Source: Eledone cirrhosa
Taxonomy: Eukaryota
Direction: 5' to 3'
Assembly: GCA_964016885.1 (NCBI GenBank)
Contig: OZ024747.1
Span: 74,710,001-74,774,000 of the forward strand
DNA length: 64,000 nt
Shown here one piece after another: positions 27,532 through 40,145 of the stretch. Positions within the stretch are counted from its first letter, which is position 1; every line of letters begins with the position of its first letter. The notes under the pieces were generated by a model. The model saw only the letters and a list, made by a program, of their open reading frames with translations, was not told where the DNA came from and searched no databases. A program made the position numbers and the translations under genes.

Positions 27532-28648
27532 TATATTTAGTTTGATTTATATTTATATGGGAAACTAGCCGATAAACCTTTGATTCCTTCTTTTTATTCT
27601 TTTTATTGTTTATTGTTTATTTTATTTTTATTTAAACATTCCTCATGAAAAATTAAGCTACCCTAAAAGCTGATGCTCCAAATATTTTGAATAAACCTTA
27701 CACTAGATAAACCTCTATATTAAATATAAGAACACATGTAGACCATTTTGGGCATCATAAACTTTTTGAAATGATCTTTGCTAGATGTGATTTGATGGAT
27801 AATTTTTTGGCTTTGTCTGTTTTTCGACTCTGATGCTTATAATGAACTTGGCAATATATTGTCAATTAATTTTGAAGGGTTGATCTTTGTGGTTTATTTT
27901 TATTTTTTTATTATTGTAATATTTTCTAATATTTGTAATATTTTTTTTATTTTTATTCTTAATATCTTTAATATGTAAATTTTTTAATATGTAATATTTT
28001 TAATATGTAATATTCTTTCGTAATATTTTTTTAGTTTTCTATTTTATTATTACTTATTATTATTATTGTTATTTTTTTTATTTTTTTAGTTTTGTTTCTG
28101 ATATATATTTTTATTAGTATATTGAAATCTGCTCTCTATCTCTGCTTGATAGATAATCTTGTAGAGTAAAGACAGGAATAATAATACACATATATGTATA
28201 CTCAAAGTTTTATACCACATTGAGAATGTTTTCCGTGAACTTAGAGTTTGCAGAGTTGATCATGTGGATTCACATAGATGTTTGTAGCTTTCACATAAAC
28301 ATATGAATTTTTTTTTAAAAACTAAACATAAGCTAATTAATTTTCACACACTATGGATACTTGTCTCATTCAGGAATACTGATATTTACAATATAGTGGA
28401 AGTTTTATAAATACTAATACATTAAAACATAGGATTTTTACGCCTCGAATATATCTGGCTATTTTTAAATTTTTTCTCTCGCTGTTTTTTTTCTCTCTCT
28501 ATATTCTTTCTCTCTCTATATATCTCCCTTACATTAATACTAGAGCTAAATAAATAAATAAATAAATAAATGTACCATTGATACATTTACTCAACTGACC
28601 TCCCACTACCTAATTTTCTATATATATATATGTATCTATCTCTATTTC

Positions 28649-28684
<36 letters not shown>

Positions 28685-28925
28685 TTCTGTTTCTTTACAT
28701 GAAGTTCTTCTCTTTGTCTATCTCTCCATCTCTCTACTTTGTTCCATGCATTTCTTCTTTTTCTTCCTTTTCTTCGTTTTCTGTCTTTCTTTCTTTTTTC
28801 TCTCTTTTTTCTCTCTTTCTTTCTCTCTGTGTAAAATTTTTTCACTGCCAGCTCAACCTCTCCAAATGCAAGTCTGTGTTGTTACGGTATGTCGAATCTA
28901 TTTATCTATAAAACTGTTTATATTG

Positions 28926-28991
28926 TATTTTGTCTGAGGAAGGCATAGCATATTGTTAATATGATATCCCCGAAATATATATAATGAAATA
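28926..28991 (+). ncRNA. Type I hammerhead ribozyme in PLE pLTR
   Basis: Stem I UAUUUUGU/AUGAAAUA, core CUGAGGA, long stem II (CAUAUU/AAUAUG), GAAA, 2-bp stem III with palindromic AUAU loop, AUA triplet. Confidence 0.8.
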
Positions 28992-29028
28992 AATATGGTT
29001 TTATAAATATAGTTTCCATTTATTTAAT

Positions 29029-29340
<312 letters not shown>

Positions 29341-29948
29341 TGATGGCTGCCAACTCGTTTCCGAGTACAGCCACTACCTTATGTCCATGTAGGAGAACCC
29401 CTACCGATGCGCTGAACGAGTGTGACTTTTTAGTCCAGCCTGCGACATGAAAACTCTGGTACAAACACTACACTTGTGACAATTATTGACACATAGTGCT
29501 GGGCCCATGGTACCATGTGACGACAAGTGCAGAGAGATCTCCAGATATAAAGCAATGCCTGTGCCGTGAAGCTTTTATAGTGAGTAAAGGCACTGCACAA
29601 AGCCAGTCCCACTCTCTTAACCAAGATGATATTTACCAAAAAGAAGAACAAGTCAACATCATTGGATACCATCAGGGTTGCAGGTGTTATATCAGAGTTT
29701 TCCTTCTCCTAGAATTCTGCCTTGACAAAGGCTAAGGGGTCATCTCTCTCGGTGATTTTGGATGGCCATTGACTCTTAAGAGCTCCTTTGCCCTTTGACA
29801 GGTTTTGTTTTTAGTCCCGCAGGATGTCCAAAGTCACCCTCCTCACCAAGAAACCTTGGTGGGGTTGCCAGTTTAGTCGCCAACGACCCGACCATGAGAC
29901 AGGTTGTACTGGGATACATGTTACTAGTAGCACCAACTGGTGACCTGA
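29341..29948 (-). mobile_element. Non-autonomous RTE derivative, copy 2
   Basis: Full-length reverse-complement match to 23970-24597; finger reads [22 protein letters not shown]; microsatellite flanks. Confidence 0.7.
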
Positions 29949-30182
29949 TGTATATATATATGTATATATATATATGTATATATATATATGTTTGTGTGTG
30001 TGTGTGTGTATGTGTGTGTGTGTGTGTGTGTATGTATGTAAAATGTAAACAGAAATAACAACTCAAATCTAAACGTTGAATCCCACATTGGTAGCCAGAC
30101 CCAAATATTAGCATTGTGTGCTCAAATGGGTGAACCATCAGTAACTAAACATTACCCACAAATACACTATATATATATATAT

Positions 30183-33048
30183 ATCATCATCATCATCATC
30201 ATCAACGTTTAACGTCCGTGTTCCACGCTTGCATGAGTTTGGACGGGGGTTTTCCCACTTGAGGCAAGACTAATTATCTTGCTCGCATAGGACTGTCTGG
30301 TGGGTTTTCTACAGCTGGATGCCCTTCCTAACACCAACCACATTTATAGTGTGGGGCTGGGAGGTTTTTACCGTGTTGCCTACACGGCCACATTACAGCG
30401 TGAACTGTGTGTTTTTTGACATGACACCTACACGATCTCATTTGTTTCGGCCTGGATGTTGTGGCACCAACATAACTTTACATTGAAAGGGGCAGTGTGG
30501 ATGGGGTGGGGGTGGTGGGACGGGGGTGTATTTTGTTAGAGGTACCTACTGACTGTAGTAGGTTTCACTTTGCACTTAGGTAAGGCGGATCTTCTCTATT
30601 ACTGTGTAGCGTCAAAGATCTCGGTCCAGTGGCATTGTCTTGGAGAGGTGTAAGTGTGTGAGGTCGGAATTTATCAAGTCGTCCCAGATTTTTCTGGGTC
30701 TGCCTATTCCGTGGCTACCGTCTATCTTTATTGCCCTGCACTTTGTTATACAGCTATCGTCCTTCATGCGCATCACGTGACCATACCAACGTAGCCTTCT
30801 CTCGAGTAAACAACATCTGATCCCTCTTATTTCTAATTTTTTCCTTAGTTCGTTTATGCTTTGCCGTTCACGTATATTACTATTACACATCCAGCGGAGC
30901 ATGCAAGCTTCGTTTCTCTCTAGTCTGCGTATATCCTCTGCACACAATGCCCAGGTCTCACTGCCATGCAACATTGCTGTTTGTATGCAGGCATCGTACA
31001 ACCTGCCTTTCATTTTTAGGGAGAACCCTTTAGTGGCTAATAGTGGTATAAGCTCTCTGAACTTTTTCCATCCAGTTCTGACTCTAGCTACTGTACTTTC
31101 AGAGCACCCTCCCCCACTGCTGATTTTGTCACCCAGGTAACGGAAGCTGTCCACTATTTCTATAGAACCCTCTGCGCAGTTGAAAGAGCTAGTATTTTGT
31201 GGGCACTTGCTGCTACTTATTGCACCAGAGCACCGGCCACATGTAAAATCTATGTTCTTAGTTAGCTTACCTGTGATCCCACTACATCTTTTATGCACCC
31301 ATACTTTGCATTTGGGACACAAAATGGAGTTTCTACCTACGCCTTTCCTACACACTGAGCATGGCCACTTCCCGGAAGGGACCGCCGCCTTATTTTCTTT
31401 CTTACAAACTAGAACTTTAGTCTTTGCCAGGTTAATTTTAAGGCCTTTTGATTCTAGGCCGTGCTTCCATGTTTGGAATTTCTTCTCTAGCTCGGCCATT
31501 GATTCAGCTATGAGTGTTAGGTCATCTGCGTATAGGAGTTCCCATGGGCAACCGGTCTTGAACTCCTCTGTTATAGCCTGAAGGGCAATAATAAATAGTA
31601 GGGGGCTGAGAACAGAGCCCTGATGGACGCCAACTTTTACGCTAAACTCTTCACTATATTCGTTGTTAATTCTAACCTTGCTGACTGTTTCTTTATACAT
31701 GGCTTGTATAGCTCCCACAAGCCATTCATCAACACCTAGTTTTCTAAGAGCCCACCAGATAATGGAACGGGGGACTTTGTCGAAGGCTTTCTCCAAGTCG
31801 ACAAAAGCTAAGTATAGGGGTTTACTTTTAGCTAGGTACTTCTCCTGTAGTTGTCGTACAATGAAAAGAGCGTCTGTGGTACTTTTGCCTGACACAAACC
31901 CAAACTGCATTTCATCTAGATCAATTCTCTCTCTGATTAGTTGCGCTATTACTCTTTCCGTGACCTTCATGACCTGGTCGATTAATTTAATGCCTCTATA
32001 GTTACTCCTATCTAGGGCATCTCCTTTACCCTTATAACAGTTAACGATGATGCTGCTACGCCAGTCCTTCAGAACAACCCCATTCTGTACGACTTGGTTA
32101 ACTATCCGGGTGACCATGGTGTGTCCCACCGTACCAGATGCCTTCAGCATCTCGGCAACTATTTCCGAAGGCCCAGCCGCCTTACCCGTCTTCATATCTT
32201 TGATTGCCTTACTTATTATACTACCCTCGACTAACACTGCTGGTCCCTCTATTGGGTCGATGTGGGGGAGACTGTCTTTCTCCCATTTATTCTCCTCATT
32301 TAGTAGCCTTTCATAGTGACACTTCCAAGCTACCTTCTTATCAGCGTCGGTGATGGCAAGTACGCCGTCATCATTAAGTACACACTTCTCCCCGACAATA
32401 TCACGGTTTTCCTTGACACATTGCCTAGCAATCCTGAACACCTCACGTTTTTGGTCCTCGCGTTGTAGAACATGCTTGAACTTTCTTTCCTCTGCTTCCC
32501 TTCTTGCGAAGTACACTTGTCTCCTAGCTTCCCTCCTGGCCACTTGATAGTCTTCTCTGCTTCCCCCATCCCGCCATACTTTCCAAGCCTGCTTTTTGGC
32601 CTTAATTGACCCCTCCACCTTACTGTTCCACCACCATGTTACTCTCCTCCTGCCTACAGGCCTGCTCCAGCCACAGACTTCGTCTGCCGCCATCAGCAGG
32701 TTTGCTTTTAGGAATTCCCACTGCTCCTCTATATTGTACGACTCTAATTGCTCTTCCTTACTGTCGAAAGCATCAAGTAGTATACTTTTGAATTTATTTC
32801 TGGCTGTGGGGTCCTTTAGCTTCCATATTTTTCTCCTGAAGATAGTCCTCTTCTGTTGTCTAGTACGTCTCATCCTGACTATTAGGTCGCTAATTATCAG
32901 TCTATGTTGGGAGGTGCATTCTTCATGGGGGAGGGATTTAGTGTTTACAACAGACACTCTGTCACGTCTTCTGGTAAGGATATAATCTACCTGGCTTGTG
33001 TGTTCCCCCGATCTATAGGTGATCAGGTGATTGTCACGTTTTTTGAAG

Positions 33049-33050
<2 letters not shown>
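30183..33050 (-). mobile_element. RTE-clade non-LTR retrotransposon (LINE), 5'-truncated inside the APE endonuclease, with 3' UTR and (GAT)n tail
   Basis: Long minus-strand ORF with LINE motifs, ~390-bp 3' UTR containing AGGAAGGGCATCCAGCTGTAGAAA, ending GGACGTTAAACGTT(GAT)n; both ends abut (TA)n. Confidence 0.95.
30576..33050 (-). pseudogene. RTE ORF: C-terminal APE remnant + reverse transcriptase + PHD-like finger; TGG>TGA nonsense 12 codons before the natural stop
   Basis: VDYIL..SQHRL (APE end), KAAGP, NYRGIKL, QFGF, AFVDLEKAFD, GVHQGSVLSPLLF, YADD (31521-31532), [22 protein letters not shown]. Sister copies read [14 protein letters not shown] where this copy has TGA at 30612-30614; the first ~34 aa of the listed 846-aa ORF come from flanking DNA/(TA)n. 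Confidence 0.93.
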
Positions 33051-33082
<32 letters not shown>

Positions 33083-34889
33083 CCATTTTTAATTTGCATC
33101 TACCAGATTCAGACACAAGGTGGTTGGCCCAAGGTTTTAGTAGCAGAGACACTTGTTTAATTTGCTGTACAAGGAAACCAAACCCACAAACCCAACATCT
33201 TAATTAGGCAGCCATGCTTGAACTTCTAATAAAATGAAAAGTGAAAAACAAACAAAGAATACACATTCCCTACCCCACTTACCCAACCAACCAGCCAAAC
33301 ACAGCAAAACTATGAAACTACCATCATAAATTGCAAGGAGGCGTGGGAGTTTTTCTTTAAATATATCGCTAATAATCCAAATAGAAGCTATTGATTAGGA
33401 ATTTTCTACAATAGAAATCATGCCTTCTAATAGGATTTTCTAGAAAGAACCATGTCCTGGAGAGAAATGTTTCATCATTATATATATACATATAATGTAA
33501 ACAATGTTTTCTAAAATAAGTAATGGTTTGTGGGAAGAAGGGGTGTTTTTTTGTAGGGTGAGGTTACATGAAATATTAGCCACAAACGAGAAACAGCAGA
33601 GACCAAAAATAGTTTATATAATAAATCTATAACTACAGCCAACTTATGCAAATGCAAGTTTTTTTATGTGCAAATATGTTGTAGGATTTTCAATAATTTC
33701 TTAGTAGTGATGACCGATGAAGCTTTATCTACAAGTAGATTTGTCTTTACTAACCCCCTACATGTCTATCTATCTGCCTTTCTATCTATCTATTTATTTA
33801 TTTATCTATTTCCTATCTATCTATTTATTTATCTATCTATTTATCTTTTGATTTTACTATGGCTCCCTTCTTAAACGAATTCAATCAAATTTTGTATTTC
33901 CAGCTTTACAACCTGTTATTCTCACTGCAATATATATCTAAATATAACATTGTATCTATTACTTTCTTTATGTGAATAATTTTCTAATAGGGATTGTCTA
34001 TAAAATATAAGCATGGGTTCCATGATATGGGGAAAATTGTATAAAGGTTCTACAGTAGACTAGGACAAAATACCTTCTGGTATTTGTTTCAGTCCTTTGT
34101 ACCCTCTGAAGTCAATTATATTTTTCGTTTTGTTGGAATGGATGTGGTAGTGATATTTACTAACATCTTAAATTTTTAATAGCAACAAATGTGGGAAATT
34201 TCTATCATTGCAATTAACTAATTTATTTTGGGGGTGGTGGGTGGTTGAGGATCAATACTACTATGACCATCACTATTAATACTCAAACTTACCATCTTTA
34301 TAAATGAAGGGTAGAAGCTCTATATTGTTATTTGACTTGATAGAAAAAACATCCAAATATCTCAAACTAAACAATCATTTTTTAAAAATTAAGAAAACAT
34401 TAAATAATTTCAATTAGCTAAAGTATTTAAGTTAATATTAACATATTAACTTTTAACCATAAACATTTGCTTTGTATGCAGTCACTAGCCCTGGGCATCC
34501 ACATGAATATCACTGAAACAATTATATTTGTCAAGTCTTTTATTTTCTATTTCGGGTCAGAATTTAAATGCAACACTTATATTAACTTTTTTTTTTTCAA
34601 GAATTGATCGTTTATTTCTAGGATAAAATTTCAATTTAATATTTAGTCAAACATAAAGAAAAATAAAGTAGGATTGTCAATTAAACCTGAAAAAAAAGAT
34701 AATAGATATATGAACTTGACAAACATAAATATTTTTATAAATAAAATGCATTGCTTATTTCTAGGTTCACTTTTTTTAACTTTTAAATGTGAACTTCTAG
34801 TAGCGTTTGTAATCAACTTCCATTAGCGTTTGTTATATCATAACATTTCTCCAGAACACTTATATATTTTAATATATTACTAGCTGTCA

Positions 34890-35235
34890 CTAGCTGACAT
34901 ACCCAGCTTTGCCTGGCGAAACAGATGGTAATAGAAGAGATGGAAGAGACAACGACTGTATTGGATGAGACAAGAACATGGTGTGTGTGTGTGAGTGTGT
35001 GTGTGACAAAAAAAAATAAATAAACAGTAAAAAATCCTCCAAATACACCAGATTCTTCGTTTTACCGTTTGTGCAGAGTATATGAAGATTTCTAGGTGTT
35101 CTCAACTCGGATAGTGACCTCTAGGAGATGGTTCATCTTCTGCCTGAATGTAAAGTGTGTATCATTGTATAGACGTGGTGGGTCCACGTTTCTCAAAAGG
35201 GTGGTGGAAGTCCAATCTTTTATATGATATTAAGA
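34890..35235 (-). mobile_element. Small non-autonomous Helitron
   Basis: Minus strand starts TC (35235), ends with imperfect hairpin CCAGGCAAAGCTGGG then CTAG (34893-34890), inserted between A and T; internal (GT)n. Confidence 0.7.
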
Positions 35236-36039
35236 TGAAGTCTTAAAATGTATCTAATTGAGAAGAAAGAATAGAATATAAAATAAGAAAATATATAAAA
35301 AAAACGAAATATATATATAGATAATTATATATAAATTATATATGTGAGTGTGTGTAAGCCAGCGTTCGAATCAGAGAATCCCTTATGGTTGATTCCCAAC
35401 ATGGCTAGCACATCCAGGATGTTTTTCTTCTCTAATGATGTTAGAAAATTTGTATCAATATACTTTCCTAGGTATACCCTTATTCCATTGCTGCACTTAT
35501 TTTCGATTGTCAGTTTATGTTTACATCCTTCTTTTATATTATGTATAGATTATATATAAACGTTTCTATTATATTATAAACTTTATATTTCCGTCTCTAA
35601 TCTCAATTTCTCCTATTTTAACATATCTATATACATATATAATTGCGTATACTACATATACTAGCAGATGGTTGTCTGCTAGTTTCTATAAAAACAATTC
35701 TAGGTTTCAAAGCAATTTCTGAAGCAGAATTATTATTTATCACAAATTAGAATTTTTAAATGTGTGTAAAGTTTTAATCAAATTACATTATTAGTGAATA
35801 TAAACAATATTAGTAAATTGAAGAATATTGAATTATCATCTTTGAAAATGATTAATTATTAAAATATTTCTATTTGATAAATATATTTCTGTTTCTGCTA
35901 TATAATATTTTACATTTTCTAATTTAATCATTTAAACAATTAACATTGTACAAGTTAATTTTCATGGTAAAACTGTAATAACTATTGTGTTATTTATATT
36001 TATATCCTTGGTTAGCTTTATTTATTTACGTTTTAACTT

Positions 36040-36258
36040 TTAACCCTTTTGATACCAAACCACACTAAACCAAAACTAGTTCTAAACCAAAACTAATTTC
36101 ATGTAAGAACCTTTGTTAAGTTATGTTCCAAACTCCAGCTCCCTATAATGAGAAAATTAGTTATATTACTAAATCCCAATAATTCTTGATTATCTTCAAA
36201 ATGGTTTTTAAATCATAGGTAATGTTCTTCATTTGAAATATGGTAACAAAATGGTAAA
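36040..36258. mobile_element. piggyBac-type MITE copy
   Basis: TTAACCCTTTTGATACC ... GGTAACAAAATGGTAAA; homologous to 36838-37094. Confidence 0.65.
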
Positions 36259-36837
36259 ATGATATAATTTGTTCCATTGCCATTTTGCAGCCAGACTCGA
36301 TACTTTCTTTATGGCATCTACCATTTATCTAGTATTGATGAAATAACTACCAATTATACTAATCTTACATTCAATTATACTTCTTTCTTCTAACTCAAGT
36401 GGATCTTGAATCTGGACAAAAGAAATCATTATTATTTTGTTACATACTTCATGGACATCTTCTGATCTAAACAGAATGTTCTTGGGTGGTAGACTTAATC
36501 AGTAGCCTGCTTTAATATGACTATTTAGCTCTTGGGTACATCTAGCAGAGTGTACACAGTTGCAAGTATTCCAGCTAGATCTCCAGTTTGCCAATACCTT
36601 CCTCCCTCCTTCCATCTCACTAGTGTTTGAAACCCAGAGCATGGTCCTTCCATCCATACTGAAACCAGGAAAAAAAACTAAATATTTCTTGCATCCTCTT
36701 TCCTCCTTTCATACTCACCACCAACAATGACAACATTAATACAACTGACAACCTTCATATAAATGATGGAATCACTATGTGGTTACCTGAACTGTTAGAA
36801 ATAGTATTGAAATTTTCCTCAAACTAAAACCTATTAT

Positions 36838-37094
36838 TTAACTCTTTTGATACCAAACTACCTGAAAGTGCCATTGGTTCTATGATATAAAATCCTTTCT
36901 TTAAAGTGTCTACATTTATTTTTTTTTTAAAAACCTTCCATCAAAATTTTATGTAATGACATTTAAATTATGTTTTAAACACCAGATAAAAAATGAAAAT
37001 GTTAGTTATCTCTCCAAATTTTAGATTATTTTTTAAATGATTTGAAAATCATAGGTAATGTCTTTCATAAGAAATATGGTAATGAAAAGGTTAA
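36838..37094. mobile_element. piggyBac-type (TTAA) MITE
   Basis: TTAA-CTCTTTTGATACC ... GGTAATGAAAAGG-TTAA; family repeated in the window. Confidence 0.7.
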
Positions 37095-37149
37095 TTATTC
37101 TTCAGACTAAAACCTAGTATTTAAAAAAGGGAATGGCACATTAGATATT

Positions 37150-37359
37150 TACCATATATACTCAAATATAAGCCAAGGAATATGTGACCAGAAAATCGAT
37201 GGTAAAATGGGGAGGCTGGCTTATATATGCCATCTTAACAATGAGTTGATTAGTTGCCTTGGGATATAAACAGGGTTTGAATTTTTGCCCATTTCTCAAA
37301 CATGAAATAGAGGGGAGTGACTTATATTCCGATCGGCTTATATTCAAGTATATGCAGTA
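37150..37359. mobile_element. Tc1/pogo-type MITE
   Basis: Imperfect TIRs TA-CCATATATACTCAAATATAAGCC / GGCTTATATTCAAGTATATGCAG-TA; partial second copy at ~5630-5743. Confidence 0.7.
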
Positions 37360-37404
37360 GTTCTAGCTACAGAATATTTACAATTATTTAATCTTCTTCT
37401 GCAA

Positions 37405-37700
37405 CGAATTGGCAGAGTCATTAGATAGAATGCTTTGTGGTACTCATTCTGGCTCCCTGCTCTCTGAATTTAAATCCCAATGAGGTCAATTTTGCCTTTC
37501 ATGATTGATTAAAAAGTACCAGGATCAAAAAAAGTACTGGGATCGATTCTTCCTCTCTCACTTTCTATCCTTCTCTGGAAGAAATCTGCTGTATTCAGAC
37601 CTGGAGGAGGATGGGCTCCCCCAGGTTTAAAAATGCCTTAGAAACACTGTATGTCAATACAGCACCCTTATGACTCCCTCAGGAATTATGGAACCATACC
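37405..37700 (+). mobile_element. SINE with long-tail module
   Basis: SINE head/core followed by a tail matching the reverse complement of 252-452 and 49940-50100. Confidence 0.75.
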
Positions 37701-38966
37701 ATTCCAACCTTCTTTCATCCGGTACAATTTGGTTAACTTTAACTTTACTTCCAGCATTAATCATTTTTTCATCTTTTCATTGTTTCAATAATTTTTTTTC
37801 ACCAAGTCTGGTATGTTTTTGAATTTTTTTTTTATTTTTTTTTTATTTCTTCTTACAGAACTCAGTATCTCTTAAAGTATCCCAATTCTTTGAAATCATA
37901 AATATCAAAATCCATTTGATGATTCCACAAATGTATGAAATGAAATCCTGATTAAAATAATTTCTTCTAGATAATCATGTTTGCAATATTTATGAAAATA
38001 GTTTTAAATATTTAATGACACATGATACGATTATAAGAAGATATAAAATATAAATCCTACATCAGGAGCAAGTATATTAATTTAAATATGTCAACTGGTT
38101 AACAAATGTTAAAGATGAACATTGCCATCAAATTATCGTTCACAAGCTAAAATTTTTCTCAGCTTTTGAATAATCTACGGATTACATAAATGACTGAAAA
38201 GTTTAAAATATATTTTTCAGCAATTTAAAAGCTACTTAAATGAGGTAAATTGAAAGAAGTTCAAATAGATCGTTATTAATGTACCAGTAATGCACTGGGG
38301 TAATTGCTGGCCTTGTGCCAAAAGTAGAAACAATTATTATGAATCCTTTATTGTTGCTTCAGTGGCACCCCAGTGACTGGCTGCACCACTTGCACATCTA
38401 GAGTGGCACCAGTGGCCCCACAACGACTGGCTGCACCAGTGGCACCCCCACGACTAGCTGCACCAGATGTTTTAAGTAGAGTTTTGTTAGTGGATTAATA
38501 GGTAGATAATTTAAAATGATAGAAGATATTTTTGTAGTGATAGAAAATGACAGGGAAAAGAAGCAGCCCCTCTATTACTTTGTATTTGCTGTGTGTTAGT
38601 AAAGGAATATTTGCTGGCAATTTGAATGGCTTTCTTGTGAGCTGCAATAGCATCACCATTCTAAATATGTGTACATTACAACATATTGTAAAAGCTAGAT
38701 TCTACTCCTTAAGAAATAAATGTTGAACTTTGAGGTAAATTATTCTCTAAAGATAATGTGAAGAACCTATGTGAAGAACTCATTTATTAAAGAGAGTCAT
38801 TGAGGAAGATACAGGGGTAGTTAATGCTTGATTGTATGAAATAGAAAAGTTTTATCATGTCACCACAAAGAAGTGAGTGAGTTTAGTAGTAGTAGCATAG
38901 TTGAAAGACAAATACATTCAGCAAATATGAAACTAATGTGATGTTATCATATAGATATATTACTAT

Positions 38967-39195
38967 ATCATCATCATCACTTTAATATCCATTTTTCATG
39001 CTTCCATGGGTTAGACCATCCTTCTCTAGCACAGCTTCCATCCACTTCTTACATTTCTTTGGTGAGGTTCAGCCTCCTGAGATCCACTTTCTCATCATTT
39101 CTTAGTTTTCCTCTTCCACCACATTCTTCCACTTAGAACTCTTAACACCTCTTCACCCAATAATCATCATCCATATGTATCACATGTCCATACAA
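38967..39195 (-). mobile_element. Degenerate RTE 3' fragment
   Basis: Minus strand GHVIHMDDDYWVK; homologous to 55180-55420; (GAT)n tail. Confidence 0.7.
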
Positions 39196-39439
39196 GTGGT
39201 TTGAGTTATATGATACAATTTTCTAGGAACACCCACAAATATTCTCAATGTAAAATAATAGATAATAATATTTGGAGTCTTCTATTTCACTTATTATGAA
39301 GAAGAATTAATTTTCTATGTTTTGAGTAAATCAACTGTCAACTGTGAATATATGAAATGTTATCACTCTGAAGGTTCTACAAAAACAAATATCTGAAATT
39401 GATATCTATATCCAATCCAATCCAGGGCCTTTTTCACTT

Positions 39440-39757
39440 CTGTTAGAGGAACCTCTCCCTGGTTGCCACTTTCTGTTTGGTTTTGGTCATGTCTTCAGGT
39501 GTGTAGCCATACTTACCACACTTGACCAGTTTTAGGTTGGTGAGGTTATTTAACCCATTATTGCTGTGGATGTTGACTCTGAGGAGTTCATCTGCCTTTT
39601 TAACAGCTCTTCTTTGTTGTGCTGTTAGGGTTCCACTTACCTTCCTGACCAAACCAGGGTCTGGTGGGGAAGCCAGTTTAGTCACTGACCACTTGACCAT
39701 GAAGAAAGTTGTACTTGGTTAAATGGTACCAGTAGCAGGCAGAGGCCTGACCTGACC
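39440..39757 (-). mobile_element. Diverged relative of the 5' part of the non-autonomous RTE derivative
   Basis: Minus strand CAGGTCA..TGCTACTGGTA..AGTACAAC..CATGGTC..GACTAAACTGGC..CCCCACCA..AGAGTCAA aligns with 23971-24150. Confidence 0.65.
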
Positions 39758-39794
39758 ATAGATATTTATCTAATCTAAATAAATAAAAAAATTG

Positions 39795-40145
39795 GGATCT
39801 TTCATCATCTTCATTGTCCACTTATTGCTGACAGGATTGTAGGGGAAGAGTCCTCAAACACTCCTATCAGTGGGTCCTGTCAGAAGCAACCATTTCTAAC
39901 TGATTCAGCTAGATCCCTAAACTAGACCAATCATCTTGCTCAGGATCTACCCCTGGGTTTCCTGCTGGTTGGCTTTGCCTGTAAAATCTGTCCAGCAAAT
40001 CTTTTTTGAGATATTCTTACTACATGCCCATAGTATCAGAGCTGTGATCTCTCAATTTGGAGAAGTAGCAGCTCTTCTTGGAGCAACTCTCTGATCTCTG
40101 AGCTATGTTCTCTATTGAGTAACATTACTCCAAAGATCCTGGTGT
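39795..40145 (-). mobile_element. Degenerate Rex3/Expander-like RTE 3' fragment
   Basis: Hand translation RIFGVMLLNREHSSEIRELLQEELLLLQIERSQL*YYGHVVRI..KPTSRKPRGRS*. Confidence 0.8.

Larger units (their letters stand above)
26398..29032 (+). mobile_element. Penelope-like element (PLE), 5'-truncated, with inverted 5' pseudo-LTR
   Basis: 26489-26902 is the reverse complement of 28612-29032; GIY-YIG coding segment lies between; hammerhead in each repeat; (TA)n flanks. Confidence 0.88.

Noticed and set aside
27325-27900. Selenocysteine recoding/SECIS in the PLE
   Set aside because: The in-frame stop is TAA, not TGA; ATGA-initiated hairpins near 27646 and 27842 lack a properly placed GA partner by eye
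30612-30614. TGA readthrough in the RTE ORF
   Set aside because: Sister copies have TGG; a simple nonsense mutation
30856-33092. Plus-strand ORFs over the RTE
   Set aside because: Antisense shadows of the RT ORF
37811-37935. Strong polypyrimidine/CAG acceptor at 37858 suggesting a host exon
   Set aside because: No recognisable peptide or partner exons; cannot be supported without RNA data
39443-39700. 85-aa protein-like ORF
   Set aside because: The DNA aligns with the non-coding 5' region of the RTE derivative at 23971-24150; an in-frame stop lies just upstream
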